DNA of 64,000 bases. Origin: Candidatus Omnitrophota bacterium. GTDB lineage: Bacteria > Omnitrophota > Gorgyraeia > Gygaellales > Profunditerraquicolaceae. The stretch covers positions 35,509 to 99,508 of the forward strand of contig JBAYMG010000002.1 of the NCBI GenBank assembly GCA_041663665.1, in the 5' to 3' direction. Under the pieces are notes generated by a model. It had not been told where the DNA came from. It searched no databases and worked only from the letters and a program-made list of their open reading frames with translations. The position numbers and the translations under genes are program-made. Positions 9,024-18,932 of the stretch are shown here, one piece after another. Position 1 is the stretch's first letter, and each line of letters begins with the position of its first letter.

Positions 9024-9785
9024 CTATTTTAGCTCTACCCAACCATTAGGTTTTACAAATAAAACTTTTTTGTGATCAATAATGTAATCTAGTTCAAAAA
9101 ATTTATCGATATTAATAATATCGCTATCAGTAAAAATTTTATAAATCAGGAATTGTGGCTTTAATGAACAAACAAAAAATACAACATTTTTATTACTCTC
9201 AAATTTTATTTTTTTAGAAGAAATTAACTTTTTCAAATCTCCGGCATAATGAAGCAGGAGACCTTTTGTATTTTTTGTATTTGTTTTTAACGTACCTCTG
9301 TTAACACTTTCAAGCACATGAAACAACACGGCATCTTGCTGGGGTTCTTTGATCAATTTTTCAAGGTCTTGTATACAGGTTACTGTATGGGCTTTGAATT
9401 CTACTATTGTACTTCTTTTATATTTCTCATTCCCAATATCATAAATAGATAGATCTATAGACCCGGAACTTTCAACCCCACATTTACTTTTAAAATTATA
9501 TTTTCTTACTGTGGGTGTTTCAACAGAAAACCTTATTCCTCTTTTTTCCAGTTCAAAGGCAAAAAGAAATCTGGCTTCTTGTTCACTTATCCTAGTATAT
9601 GGTTTTCCTTTATTTATTGCCTTGGGAAAAATTAAATTTGTATAATCATCTGCATGACAGTATAATTCGTTTTTCATATCAAAAAGCTTCTTGGACACAG
9701 AAATGGCTATTTCTTTCAATTCAGATATCTTTTCTTCGTTTATCATTTTGTCTTTATCCATGCAAATATTAATTATATTTTCCAT
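9024..9785 (-). CDS. Hypothetical protein, possible PD-(D/E)xK nuclease fold
   Basis: 253 aa. Putative nuclease triad pattern SEQEARF...GSIDLSIYD...TIVEFKAH (E, D, ExK). Weak. Confidence 0.35.
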   Translation of the reverse strand: MENIINICMDKDKMINEEKISELKEIAISVSKKLFDMKNELYCHADDYTNLIFPKAINKGKPYTRISEQEARFLFAFELEKRGIRFSVETPTVRKYNFKSKCGVESSGSIDLSIYDIGNEKYKRSTIVEFKAHTVTCIQDLEKLIKEPQQDAVLFHVLESVNRGTLKTNTKNTKGLLLHYAGDLKKLISSKKIKFESNKNVVFFVCSLKPQFLIYKIFTDSDIINIDKFFELDYIIDHKKVLFVKPNGWVELK

Positions 9786-9824
9786 CAGTATAATACTGCT
9801 TATACACTTATGCGCCTTTAATGC

Positions 9825-11012
9825 TTAAAAATCAACATCTCTAAGAAAACTTGTGATTTTAGATGACTCCTTATCATCAATGCCATCCCACTTATTTTTA
9901 ATGTTAATTTTTTCAGGAGGTCTTGAAAAACTTGCAATATAAGACTTGATGTCATCAATTTGCTTCTTCGTTTTTCCCACAGCAGTTCCATGTATCTCAA
10001 TATCATGAGACAAAGGAGTGCCGTAATTTCCCTTATCCAAACCAAGAGCTTGTATATTTTGTTCATGATAAGCAAAACCTAGAAAATAAACCCGCTTTGC
10101 TTTTTGGAATATTTCCCTATAGTCTTCTTTTTCCAAAGGAAGCTCATGACTAATTCTAATCATTTTTGCCCGCTCGATGATTTCCTTGGCAAAAGTACTT
10201 CTAGACTGATCATTAATAAATTGACTTACTCCAAAATCCGCCTCACTAGCACCAAATGTTCCCACTTTGTCATATAATGGGAAAAGGTCTCTGAAAGTAA
10301 CAGGAGTAAAATCATTGATTACTTTTGGTTGTTTCCTGTGCGCCTGCTGATAATTAAATTGCCAAGACATTATACCCAGCTTCCCATGAACATGTTGAAT
10401 AGAGATTTCATCAAAAAAACTTGCAATCTTATTCTCATAATCATGTAAATTATATTGGGCCTTAATTGCTTTAAACAAAAAGATTTCTAATGAACGGTCG
10501 TAATTAAAAGTGATAATTTTTAGCCGGTTATTCTTAAGTTTTTTAAAATCTTTTCCAGTGTCATCTATGAGTCTTTCCCATAAATATCTATACCACCCCC
10601 ATTTTAATCCAAAATTTTTATTTCCTTGAAACCGTCTTATGTCTTCACACTCGGATAAAGCAAAAAGTATAAAAAGTTTTCCTATCAAGCTATATTTTGT
10701 AGGAGATAATAAAAAATCGTCAATTGAAGGAGGATTTGCATCCTCCAAGTCTGCGGCGAATTTTTGGATATCATCAACAGAATAGGAACCGTTATCTTCC
10801 TTTTTTTCTCCGGAAATATCTAATAAACGCCAAAGTAGATGAGAATTTCGCAAGGAATGATTGACAATGTCTTTGGGAGACCGCAAGTGAAGGCCTATAG
10901 TTTCTCCTGCGGCTAAATCAAGTATGTTTTTTATTAGCGTTTTCCCTAAAGGAAATCCCACTTCGTTACTTGAACCAGCTCCAAGAATCAAAACTGTTTC
11001 CTTATCAATCAT
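9825..11012 (-). CDS. SIR2_2-family (defense-type SIR2-like) protein
   Basis: 395 aa. N-terminal VLILGAGSSNEVGFPLGKTL matches the SIR2_2 'LGAGxS...G.P' Rossmann start. C-terminal RVYFLGFAYHEQN repeat of the FLG motif. Confidence 0.65.
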   Translation of the reverse strand: MIDKETVLILGAGSSNEVGFPLGKTLIKNILDLAAGETIGLHLRSPKDIVNHSLRNSHLLWRLLDISGEKKEDNGSYSVDDIQKFAADLEDANPPSIDDFLLSPTKYSLIGKLFILFALSECEDIRRFQGNKNFGLKWGWYRYLWERLIDDTGKDFKKLKNNRLKIITFNYDRSLEIFLFKAIKAQYNLHDYENKIASFFDEISIQHVHGKLGIMSWQFNYQQAHRKQPKVINDFTPVTFRDLFPLYDKVGTFGASEADFGVSQFINDQSRSTFAKEIIERAKMIRISHELPLEKEDYREIFQKAKRVYFLGFAYHEQNIQALGLDKGNYGTPLSHDIEIHGTAVGKTKKQIDDIKSYIASFSRPPEKINIKNKWDGIDDKESSKITSFLRDVDF

Positions 11013-11112
11013 ATTCTACTCTTGGCTACTCTCAACCTTCCAACTTTATCTCTTATATTATACATTTTCTAAATTAAATTCATTTATCAAAAAACTCAGA
11101 AAACTATAGATC

Positions 11113-14100
11113 TTAATTGCGCATCTCTTCGTCTCTATCTAAATGCTCTTTAATTATTACACCGATACTTTCGCTGCATTTTTTTATAATATCTTTCAGG
11201 CTAGCTGATTTTGCTTTAAGATATAAGCTTTCGAATGTATCTTTCAATTCTAATAAGACTGGAGGAACTTGACCAACTGGCGCAGACCAACCATCTTCAG
11301 GATAGGTCTTATGAAAAAATAGAGTTTTTACTTCATTCTCTAAATTGAGTTTTATAGCCTCCTCTCCAATTCCAATAAAAATTTCTTGGTTTTCTTTAGA
11401 TAATGTAAGAAATTCCATACAATACAAAGCATTCTGGACATCTTTTTGCCCCAATAGTTCCCGTATAAAAGCAACATGATAATTTGCTCCCGACCCCTTG
11501 TCGATAATATCTACTACTGTTTTAACTAAGCCCTTCAAATATAAATGCCCATACTTTTCTTCCTTTTCCCACTTAATAACACGTTTAATAAATTTTGTGT
11601 AATCATCGTAAGAATGGATTACTTCTCTCAGTGCTGTAATACCCTCAAATGGTATAACATAGAATCTATCTTCTCCAGATAGTTGTTTTTGTAATTCAAA
11701 TCTATTCTCAACAAAAATTAAGAGCTCATCAACATCTGTTATGCAGAATTTTAACAAATCTTGTTCATGCCATTCAAACTTAAGACTTTTTTTTAACATC
11801 TCAATAATTTTAACTCTAAATTCTTTAGTTTTCGGACTTTCCACTTTAATATCATTTTTAAGGCTGTGGACGAAGAAATCCACTGCGTCTGTAAATTCTT
11901 TAGCAGGATCTGACGTTTTACTTATCATCATAATGATAAACTCGATACATTCATCGAAATTTCCTGTTTGTTTTGAAATAAAATAAAGATTTCTAATAAT
12001 GCCAGGATACCACTCTTGTTTACCATCTTGAATCAACCTGATAATCCAATCCTGCCAAGGAACATTATTAATAGCTTTATCAATTAACCACAAGAAGTTA
12101 GAAATTTTGTTATAGGAAACGCTGGATAAGCTAGCAAAAATTTCGTTTGCCAATCGCAATAAATGACCTTCTTGAATATTAACAAGGGTATAATCAATTT
12201 GGTTTTGGAACATTTCTGTTATGTTGCTCCAGAATAAATCATTGTTCCGAATTTCTTTAAAGGCTTTTGGGTTGATTTTGACCCAACAATTGAGAAATAT
12301 TACACCACTCCAGCTTTGGCTATTAACAATAAGTTTTCCTAAATCCACCAAAAAATCGACAATCGATACCGGATCTCTGTATTTACTATTTAATTGTTGA
12401 ACTATGTTCTCAAAATCTTCTTCTTTCCTATTCCAACGATCAAGTCTACCGTTATGCACAAACCACTCCCAACGTTTATCTTCAGGAGCATTACTTTCAA
12501 CCTCACTAAAATCATCTATTATAAATTCTTCGGCAGCAAAGGCTCGAAATATTAAATATTCTGGAGTTCTAGGTATTATTCTCAAATATTTTGCGACATT
12601 TTCTGCTCCTTCTCGTTTAGTTGCCCAAAAACGAACAAACATATCTTCAATAGCGCTCAAAAGCTTAAAATCTTTTGTTTTGCTTATTATGGTTCCGACC
12701 TTTTCAACTGCTGCTCTAGTTTCTTCAATAATTCTAGGATAAAGAGGAAACTCAGATGAAGGCTTACCCAGACTCATCGCTCTATGACCAATATGACGGA
12801 CTACCTGTAAAGCATTTTGCCTCACCGATAAAGAATCATCATCTAACATCTTATAAAGTATTTCTATCGCTTTATCCCGCATGGCAATTACCTGGGGAGA
12901 ATTTTTCAAATAACGTTCTCCAAATACGAATTTATCCATATAGGAATGTGTGTACTCATGCGTACCCGCAAGAACTTCATTTAGTCCTGACTTCAAAAGT
13001 TCCACTCCCCGCGGTTTATCATCTTTCATCCAAGTCTCCATTAATAAAAGTCCGGAGAGGATATTCTCAAGATCATTTGATATAGGACAAACAAACTGTG
13101 AAATCAAAGTTTCAATGTGATAATTACTATATGATCCCTTTTTTACTAAGCCGCTAATATCATAAATAAAACTTAATACTTGTTCTCTAGCAGTACTAAC
13201 CGCCATTAGTCTTAAAAGAACCGGCCCATAGTCATCAGTGGAAAGTTCATACCTACTTGATTTTAGATATGGATTTTCTTCTTCGGGAGCAATTATCTTT
13301 TTATAGCTCCGCAACAATCTCATTGATTCTTCTGGTATAAGCGTAGCTACATCCTCAATAAATTTTAGATGCTGCCTTCTTTCGCTTAACGGCGTGATCG
13401 CCGCGTCTTGTTCCCACTTTAAAGCAATTTCAGACAAACAGACCTTTACTTTATTAATTTCACCATATCGAGAAGCAGAGCCTATGTTTGAAAAGACATT
13501 ATTAGGAGTAATGGTAATCCAATGCAAAATAATACCCCTAAGAAACGTTTCCTCCAAAAACTCTAGTTTATAACCTAGATATATATCTCCTTTCATATCA
13601 GTATTAAATCTTACACTATTGCCAACCTTTCTAAGAATGCCTACTTTTATTAGTCGTTCTATAGCGCCAGATATTAACTCCAGTTTCACCTCAAAATTTG
13701 TTGTCAAATTCTCCAGTATATTTTTGTCACCTATGTGAAAAGGAACTATACACGTTAGAGTAAATATAAATAGTTCAAAATCAATATCAGCGAATCCAGC
13801 TAAGCATTTCTTTGTATCAACTATTATGTCCTCGATGAACTTCTTTCTCAACGTAACAAAATCGGCAATCTTAGTCCCCTTGAGTTTATTCCCGATCCAT
13901 ACTATTAAATAAGGATTAGAATTATAATGAACAATCTGCTCCTCATCTTCAACGGGATTTTTACCAACAACTAATCTCAACAACTCCGTCAGCTCTTCCT
14001 TATTCCATTCCTTAATTTGGAACTCTTGCATATATTGAAAACATTTCATTTCTTGTACAACTTGAATAATAATATAAACTCCCGAGCTTCTTGTGGCAAA

Positions 14101-14952
14101 AATTACCTTTACATCCACGCCACTTTCTTTTAAGAAATGAAGCAGCGGACGAAGTTCTTCAACATAACGATCTGCGTCATCAACGATTAATAAATATTTC
14201 TTATCTGAACTTATTTCAGATTGGAGGGCTTCAATATTTGCAAAACCTGCCCGAACAAACCAAATTTGTCTTTCTCTATCAATACCCCGAACAAATAGAG
14301 AAAGATCTCGAAGAAGATGCGACTTTCCCTGCCCTCCGTGTGCATAAAGATGAAATATTTTTTGATCTTTTGAGCCCAAAAAACCACTTATACTGCGTTT
14401 GCATTCATTTAATGCAGGTCTTTCAATTGTAGAAGGAATAATTTCACGCTCGAAACTATTATAGTAATAACCGCTATCGACCAAAGCTGGATATGGATAT
14501 TCTTTAAAAAAAAGAAATCTTAAATAGGGATATCTTATAATGCGCATTTCAAGATTTTCTCGAGACCAAATCTCTAATGTTTCCACGTCTCCCTTATTAA
14601 TAGATTGTAACTCTAAAACATGCTCTATTCTTAACTCAGCATTAGTAGATATACGCAAATGGTTCACCTTATTGTCCTTAGCTTTCTTCAATTCTTCTTT
14701 AACGACTGTTTTTAAATACTCTCCTGCTTCGTCAAACGATTTTTTGGTCCATTTTGACTGTACTGAAAATACTCCTGAATCCTTTTCTAATTGATAGTAT
14801 CCTTTATAATAACCATCCCATCCTCCATCGGCACCGATATATGGACTTGATGGGATAAATCCTGGAGAATCACATTCTAAGGCAAATAAATGATTAGTTA
14901 ACCTCTGAAAAATTTTATCATTATCTATAAGATTCCAATTAAGCATCCTCAC
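11113..14952 (-). CDS. Mrr-like nuclease / STAND-type P-loop NTPase / C-terminal repeat protein (Avs-like)
   Basis: 1279 aa. N-terminal GADGGWDGY...VQSKW resembles the Mrr_cat GxDGGxDG...QxK motif. Walker A LYAHGGQGKSHLL and Walker B LLIVDDAD. About 900 aa of helical repeat region follow. Confidence 0.65.
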   Translation of the reverse strand: MRMLNWNLIDNDKIFQRLTNHLFALECDSPGFIPSSPYIGADGGWDGYYKGYYQLEKDSGVFSVQSKWTKKSFDEAGEYLKTVVKEELKKAKDNKVNHLRISTNAELRIEHVLELQSINKGDVETLEIWSRENLEMRIIRYPYLRFLFFKEYPYPALVDSGYYYNSFEREIIPSTIERPALNECKRSISGFLGSKDQKIFHLYAHGGQGKSHLLRDLSLFVRGIDRERQIWFVRAGFANIEALQSEISSDKKYLLIVDDADRYVEELRPLLHFLKESGVDVKVIFATRSSGVYIIIQVVQEMKCFQYMQEFQIKEWNKEELTELLRLVVGKNPVEDEEQIVHYNSNPYLIVWIGNKLKGTKIADFVTLRKKFIEDIIVDTKKCLAGFADIDFELFIFTLTCIVPFHIGDKNILENLTTNFEVKLELISGAIERLIKVGILRKVGNSVRFNTDMKGDIYLGYKLEFLEETFLRGIILHWITITPNNVFSNIGSASRYGEINKVKVCLSEIALKWEQDAAITPLSERRQHLKFIEDVATLIPEESMRLLRSYKKIIAPEEENPYLKSSRYELSTDDYGPVLLRLMAVSTAREQVLSFIYDISGLVKKGSYSNYHIETLISQFVCPISNDLENILSGLLLMETWMKDDKPRGVELLKSGLNEVLAGTHEYTHSYMDKFVFGERYLKNSPQVIAMRDKAIEILYKMLDDDSLSVRQNALQVVRHIGHRAMSLGKPSSEFPLYPRIIEETRAAVEKVGTIISKTKDFKLLSAIEDMFVRFWATKREGAENVAKYLRIIPRTPEYLIFRAFAAEEFIIDDFSEVESNAPEDKRWEWFVHNGRLDRWNRKEEDFENIVQQLNSKYRDPVSIVDFLVDLGKLIVNSQSWSGVIFLNCWVKINPKAFKEIRNNDLFWSNITEMFQNQIDYTLVNIQEGHLLRLANEIFASLSSVSYNKISNFLWLIDKAINNVPWQDWIIRLIQDGKQEWYPGIIRNLYFISKQTGNFDECIEFIIMMISKTSDPAKEFTDAVDFFVHSLKNDIKVESPKTKEFRVKIIEMLKKSLKFEWHEQDLLKFCITDVDELLIFVENRFELQKQLSGEDRFYVIPFEGITALREVIHSYDDYTKFIKRVIKWEKEEKYGHLYLKGLVKTVVDIIDKGSGANYHVAFIRELLGQKDVQNALYCMEFLTLSKENQEIFIGIGEEAIKLNLENEVKTLFFHKTYPEDGWSAPVGQVPPVLLELKDTFESLYLKAKSASLKDIIKKCSESIGVIIKEHLDRDEEMRN

Positions 14953-14983
14953 CCCTATTGTCTTGGTTACAGTTCAAAAAACA

Positions 14984-15023
14984 ATAAAACCTTCGTCTGC
15001 TTATTAAGCAAACGAAGGTTTTT
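14984..15023 (-). terminator. rho-independent terminator (bidirectional-looking) after the 15219..16247 gene
   Basis: Stem ccttcgt/acgaagg with T-runs on both strands. Confidence 0.45.
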
Positions 15024-15218
15024 CTTATTTTAAAGTGGAGGTTCCCCCTTCAAACTGCACCACTATAGTATCTTTTATTAACACCTTTAATGATACCACT
15101 AATTTAATACGCGTCAATAGAAATACCTTATCCCTAAAAATATTAGTTATGGCCCTATTTCATTACGAGACATTATTGCTAGGGAATAGGTAAGAATAAA
15201 TTCTCCCACGGTAGGTAC

Positions 15219-16247
15219 TTATTTAACCATTCCTTTTATTGCTTCTACAGCCCCAGCGCATTCATAAAGCGGGTATTTTTGACGCATCCGAAGGATATTA
15301 AGGTAGGCTTTCAATTTAAACCCTGTACTCTGCTTACGGAAACAGGCATACCGTAAACCATCTGTAATAATTAAAGATCCACAATGCTCCCGTCCCTTAG
15401 CGCGCGCATACTTGCTTACCTGATTGAGGTGTTCAAAAACAGAACTACCCTTAGCCTTTGTTTCGATAATGCAGCTTAAGAAAGAATCCTTGCGGGTTAT
15501 GCGCCTAAATAAGGCGATATCAATATTGCGCCATTCAATAGTCGTCTCTTTATGCGTCCAGTCAAGTGCACGTAAGAATGGAATAACTATATGGGTAATG
15601 GTTTCCTGCTCAGAAGGCCATTCGCCTAGCTTTTCCCTCTTTCCGTACCATTCACCGATCTTACGAATCGACTTGAGAGCAGAAACTACCATCTTTGCGC
15701 GCTCCTTGGAAAATCCTTGCGCTATAAGCTGTCTTTTGACTTCTTCATCCGTAAGACTGATCGATGTCTTGGGTAATGCCTTAAGCTTACGCTCTAACTG
15801 CTTTGAAGAAACCTTAAGCTGCCTTATCCAACGCAAAACTTGAAAATTATTCACGCTGGCAAATGTCCTTACCTGCGCTCCTAAAGTTCTTGGAAGAAAC
15901 CGCGTTCCCGCATTAGGAAACCATCTTACTCTGCGTGTATGCTGAATATGATAATCATCCACATCGGCAAACTCCTCAAGTATCATAGGATGATCATCAG
16001 CAATCACACCTACAGCGATAATTTTGGCTGTACCAAGCCTTGCCACCACTATATCCCCTTTCTTTGCAGAATGGTAAAAGCGCCGAATACTGTTCTTTAT
16101 ATCACCGTATTTGGAATAGTTCTTCTCATTGAATAATCCTTCGTCACCCGGGCCAATAGCCATTAGGTCGTATTTTAAGAAAAGATCCCCGTAGGAGCGC
16201 TGATTACTGCCGGTGCCAACTTGCCAAACCCTTCCCTTTATATCCAT
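15219..16247 (-). CDS. Hypothetical protein (G+C-richer; possible PD-(D/E)xK C-terminal domain)
   Basis: 342 aa. No confident motif. C-terminal IDIALF...CIIETKAKG could be a D...ExK. Composition stands out from neighbours. Confidence 0.3.
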   Translation of the reverse strand: MDIKGRVWQVGTGSNQRSYGDLFLKYDLMAIGPGDEGLFNEKNYSKYGDIKNSIRRFYHSAKKGDIVVARLGTAKIIAVGVIADDHPMILEEFADVDDYHIQHTRRVRWFPNAGTRFLPRTLGAQVRTFASVNNFQVLRWIRQLKVSSKQLERKLKALPKTSISLTDEEVKRQLIAQGFSKERAKMVVSALKSIRKIGEWYGKREKLGEWPSEQETITHIVIPFLRALDWTHKETTIEWRNIDIALFRRITRKDSFLSCIIETKAKGSSVFEHLNQVSKYARAKGREHCGSLIITDGLRYACFRKQSTGFKLKAYLNILRMRQKYPLYECAGAVEAIKGMVK

Positions 16248-16388
16248 GCCAACCTCCTTCTAGAGTATCAAGATAATCATCCCATAACAATCATTGCCAT
16301 ATAATCTGGCAAATAGCAAGTTAAAAATGATTATAGCACCGTAGGCACACGGTGTAAAGGTAAACGAAGATATGCGATAATTGCACCT

Positions 16389-16607
16389 ATGGAAAAGGAT
16401 GTGCGGCTTAAATTAGCAGCTAGATTAAGGCAGCTTAGAGAGAAATGCAAATATACACAACAGAAGCTTTCAGAGCTTTCTGATGTAGACTACAAACACA
16501 TCCAATTGTTAGAAAGTAAGAAGCCCTCTGCCGCAAAGATAGATACCCTGCAAAAGCTTGCGAGAGGATTCAATATCCCCCTTTCAAAGTTACTGGATTT
16601 TAAATAA
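16389..16607 (+). CDS. XRE-family HTH transcriptional regulator
   Basis: 72 aa. Cro/C1-type HTH LKLAARLRQLREKCKYTQQKLSELSDV. Confidence 0.75.
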   Translation: MEKDVRLKLAARLRQLREKCKYTQQKLSELSDVDYKHIQLLESKKPSAAKIDTLQKLARGFNIPLSKLLDFK

Positions 16608-16629
16608 ATTTAAATCAACAAACTGTCCA

Positions 16630-18294
16630 TTAGCCTCTCCTGTGCCAACCATACCAGCCGTAAGGCACGCGTCCAGTTGCATCTGGATACATATCGGGAT
16701 TACAAGGCAGTTTACTACCATCACCACCAACCCAAAACATAAAGTTATTATCCTCCAGAGCCAATTTTACAGCTAGCCATAAAGCATCTATTGCATCATC
16801 ATGCGCGCCTTTCGGACAATGTTTCATTTGTTCAATCAAAACATGCAGTCTTCTGCTAAGCTGTAGTACCCCGCTGGCAAAGAGAGGCTGAAGCGATTGA
16901 AAACGCCCCAGCTTGTCTGTAGTATTCGGAATACCCACAACTGGCACATAAACCTGCGCTAACTCGCTACGCCTTTTCAACTCAGAAGCAAGAAACTCCT
17001 GAAACTGGTTAGTTTCAACCCCGAACTTCGTGTAACCGCGTATCTTCTGATATGACATAATCGTCTCAATTATGTTATCGGGTTTGCGCTTCGCCACGTC
17101 CGCGTCAATAACATAAAGGGTTCCTTTTTCAGTGTCTTTTGCTACGGTTACAATAGCAGTATAGTCGCTCCTTCTGCTCTCTTTGCCAAGACTCGGGTCG
17201 CAACCGCCATACATCCTCTTCTTTGCGCCTAAATTTACCAGCAGATTTTCTGTACTAAAATGCTTATCCTCCAAACCACCGTAGCTATCGGCATCAAATA
17301 TCCGATCCCTGGGATTTACCGGCTCATTTTGCATTTCACTGTCAAAACTTGCTGTTCCTTCCTCTAAGCGCATGACCATAAGGTCATAATAACTGTATTT
17401 TGCCTCCCAGAGAACCTGGGCCCCCTCAAGCATCTGGGTTTTGTTTTGCTCAAAGAACCTTAGCGCCGCTTCAGGCCCTTCGCCTCCTTCAAAGGCATCC
17501 TGGTGGCTATATATCCTTTCCCATTTCTCCCACAGCTCAGGATGCACAGACCACGATATGATCGAACGGTAGATGCGTTTTTCCCAGCCAGGATGTGCGT
17601 CGGAACTTGTAAATTGCGCCAGGAGCGATCCGTAATTGTGGATTGTCCCAAGAAAAACTACATTGGTTGCGCTTGTGCCGGATTTTAATACTGACCGGGT
17701 GAGATAATCATAGAGTCTTTCGAAGTTCTCGGTAGACTGAATAGCATTACCCGCCTCCAGATCATCAAGAATGATCAAGCTGGGCCGTGATTGCTTGTAC
17801 TTACGGCTCCTGATCTGCTGGTTATAGCCAAGCGCAAGCACTTCGATGCCATTTTTGGTAATAATATCATCTTGTCTCCAGCGTGGCGGTTTGGGTTTTT
17901 CGCCGATTTCGCAAATATCGGGAAAATCATCCTTGAGACGCGGGTTAGTCTCAAGCTCAAACTTGATGTTAGTTAGGAAACTTTCGGCCTGCTCCTTGGT
18001 GTTGGAAATAATCACAATAAAATCTTCCAAATGGTAGCAAATACAATAAATTACAAACTCAAAGGACGCAATGGTGCTTTTGGCGCTGTTACGCGGGGAG
18101 GCCAGGGCAATACGAACTCCACGCTTCCTAGAAGCCCCCACTAGTAACTCCCCTATATCCCGATGGAATGGCGCATCGGCAATAGAATGGTAAAGCGGAA
18201 AATAATATTTTCTAAAATACTCGAAGTTTCTTCCGAAAGACCGCCGTAATTTTATTGCATCGCCTTTTACTTGATATAACTGGGCATTATTCAT
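16630..18294 (-). CDS. Phage terminase large subunit
   Basis: 554 aa. N-terminal ATPase region (RIALASPRNSAKST). C-terminal RNaseH-like nuclease region GGCDPSLGKESRRSDYTAIVTVAKD. Confidence 0.85.
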   Translation of the reverse strand: MNNAQLYQVKGDAIKLRRSFGRNFEYFRKYYFPLYHSIADAPFHRDIGELLVGASRKRGVRIALASPRNSAKSTIASFEFVIYCICYHLEDFIVIISNTKEQAESFLTNIKFELETNPRLKDDFPDICEIGEKPKPPRWRQDDIITKNGIEVLALGYNQQIRSRKYKQSRPSLIILDDLEAGNAIQSTENFERLYDYLTRSVLKSGTSATNVVFLGTIHNYGSLLAQFTSSDAHPGWEKRIYRSIISWSVHPELWEKWERIYSHQDAFEGGEGPEAALRFFEQNKTQMLEGAQVLWEAKYSYYDLMVMRLEEGTASFDSEMQNEPVNPRDRIFDADSYGGLEDKHFSTENLLVNLGAKKRMYGGCDPSLGKESRRSDYTAIVTVAKDTEKGTLYVIDADVAKRKPDNIIETIMSYQKIRGYTKFGVETNQFQEFLASELKRRSELAQVYVPVVGIPNTTDKLGRFQSLQPLFASGVLQLSRRLHVLIEQMKHCPKGAHDDAIDALWLAVKLALEDNNFMFWVGGDGSKLPCNPDMYPDATGRVPYGWYGWHRRG

Positions 18295-18932
18295 TTTTTT
18301 CCCTCCTGTTCTTGGGTTATTTCATTCTCAAGATGCTCGACTTCCGATTGGATATTTTTTATTTTCTCCTGATCAGATGGCTCAATTCCTCCTGTCTGGC
18401 TGGCAATGGCTTCAATATCTTTAATGCTGTTTTTTATCTCATCACACATCGCTTGACCATCTGAAGTGGAAAAATGGTGAAAGAAATCTCCTGTGAGAGC
18501 CTGTTCTTTTAGCGGTAAGAAACCGAGGCTCTGGAGCTTCTCGGTTAATTCCTTTACCACCCGCCAGGAGGCAAATTCAGCCTGAGTTTTCTCGCCAATT
18601 GAGCCATCTTTTGAGCGGGCAAGCCGCAGGAGATATAAATGGCTTGTTCTTGCCTTTTGAACCAATTCACCAATAAACTGCTTGGCCTGTTCTAAGCTTG
18701 GCGTAAGGGCGTTCTTCCTGCGGATTTCTTCAAAGTACCTATACACAGTACGATCCGATTTATTCAAAAGCTGAGCTATCTGGGATATTGAAGATCCTTC
18801 AGCGTATAAAACAGAAACAATCTGCTCAATTGTTTCAGGAGGAAGGCTCGAAACCCTAACGGTACCGCTCTGAATACCCTGGATATAAAAGGTGGTGGGT
18901 TTCTCAGAAGAATTTTTATTTTTTGCCATTTT
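18291..18932 (-). CDS. Terminase small-subunit-like HTH protein
   Basis: Internal start MAKNKNSS chosen to avoid overlap with the upstream gene. HTH SISQIAQLLNKSDRTVYRYFEEI. Directly upstream of TerL. Confidence 0.45.
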   Translation of the reverse strand, partial: KMAKNKNSSEKPTTFYIQGIQSGTVRVSSLPPETIEQIVSVLYAEGSSISQIAQLLNKSDRTVYRYFEEIRRKNALTPSLEQAKQFIGELVQKARTSHLYLLRLARSKDGSIGEKTQAEFASWRVVKELTEKLQSLGFLPLKEQALTGDFFHHFSTSDGQAMCDEIKNSIKDIEAIASQTGGIEPSDQEKIKNIQSEVEHLENEITQEQEGKK

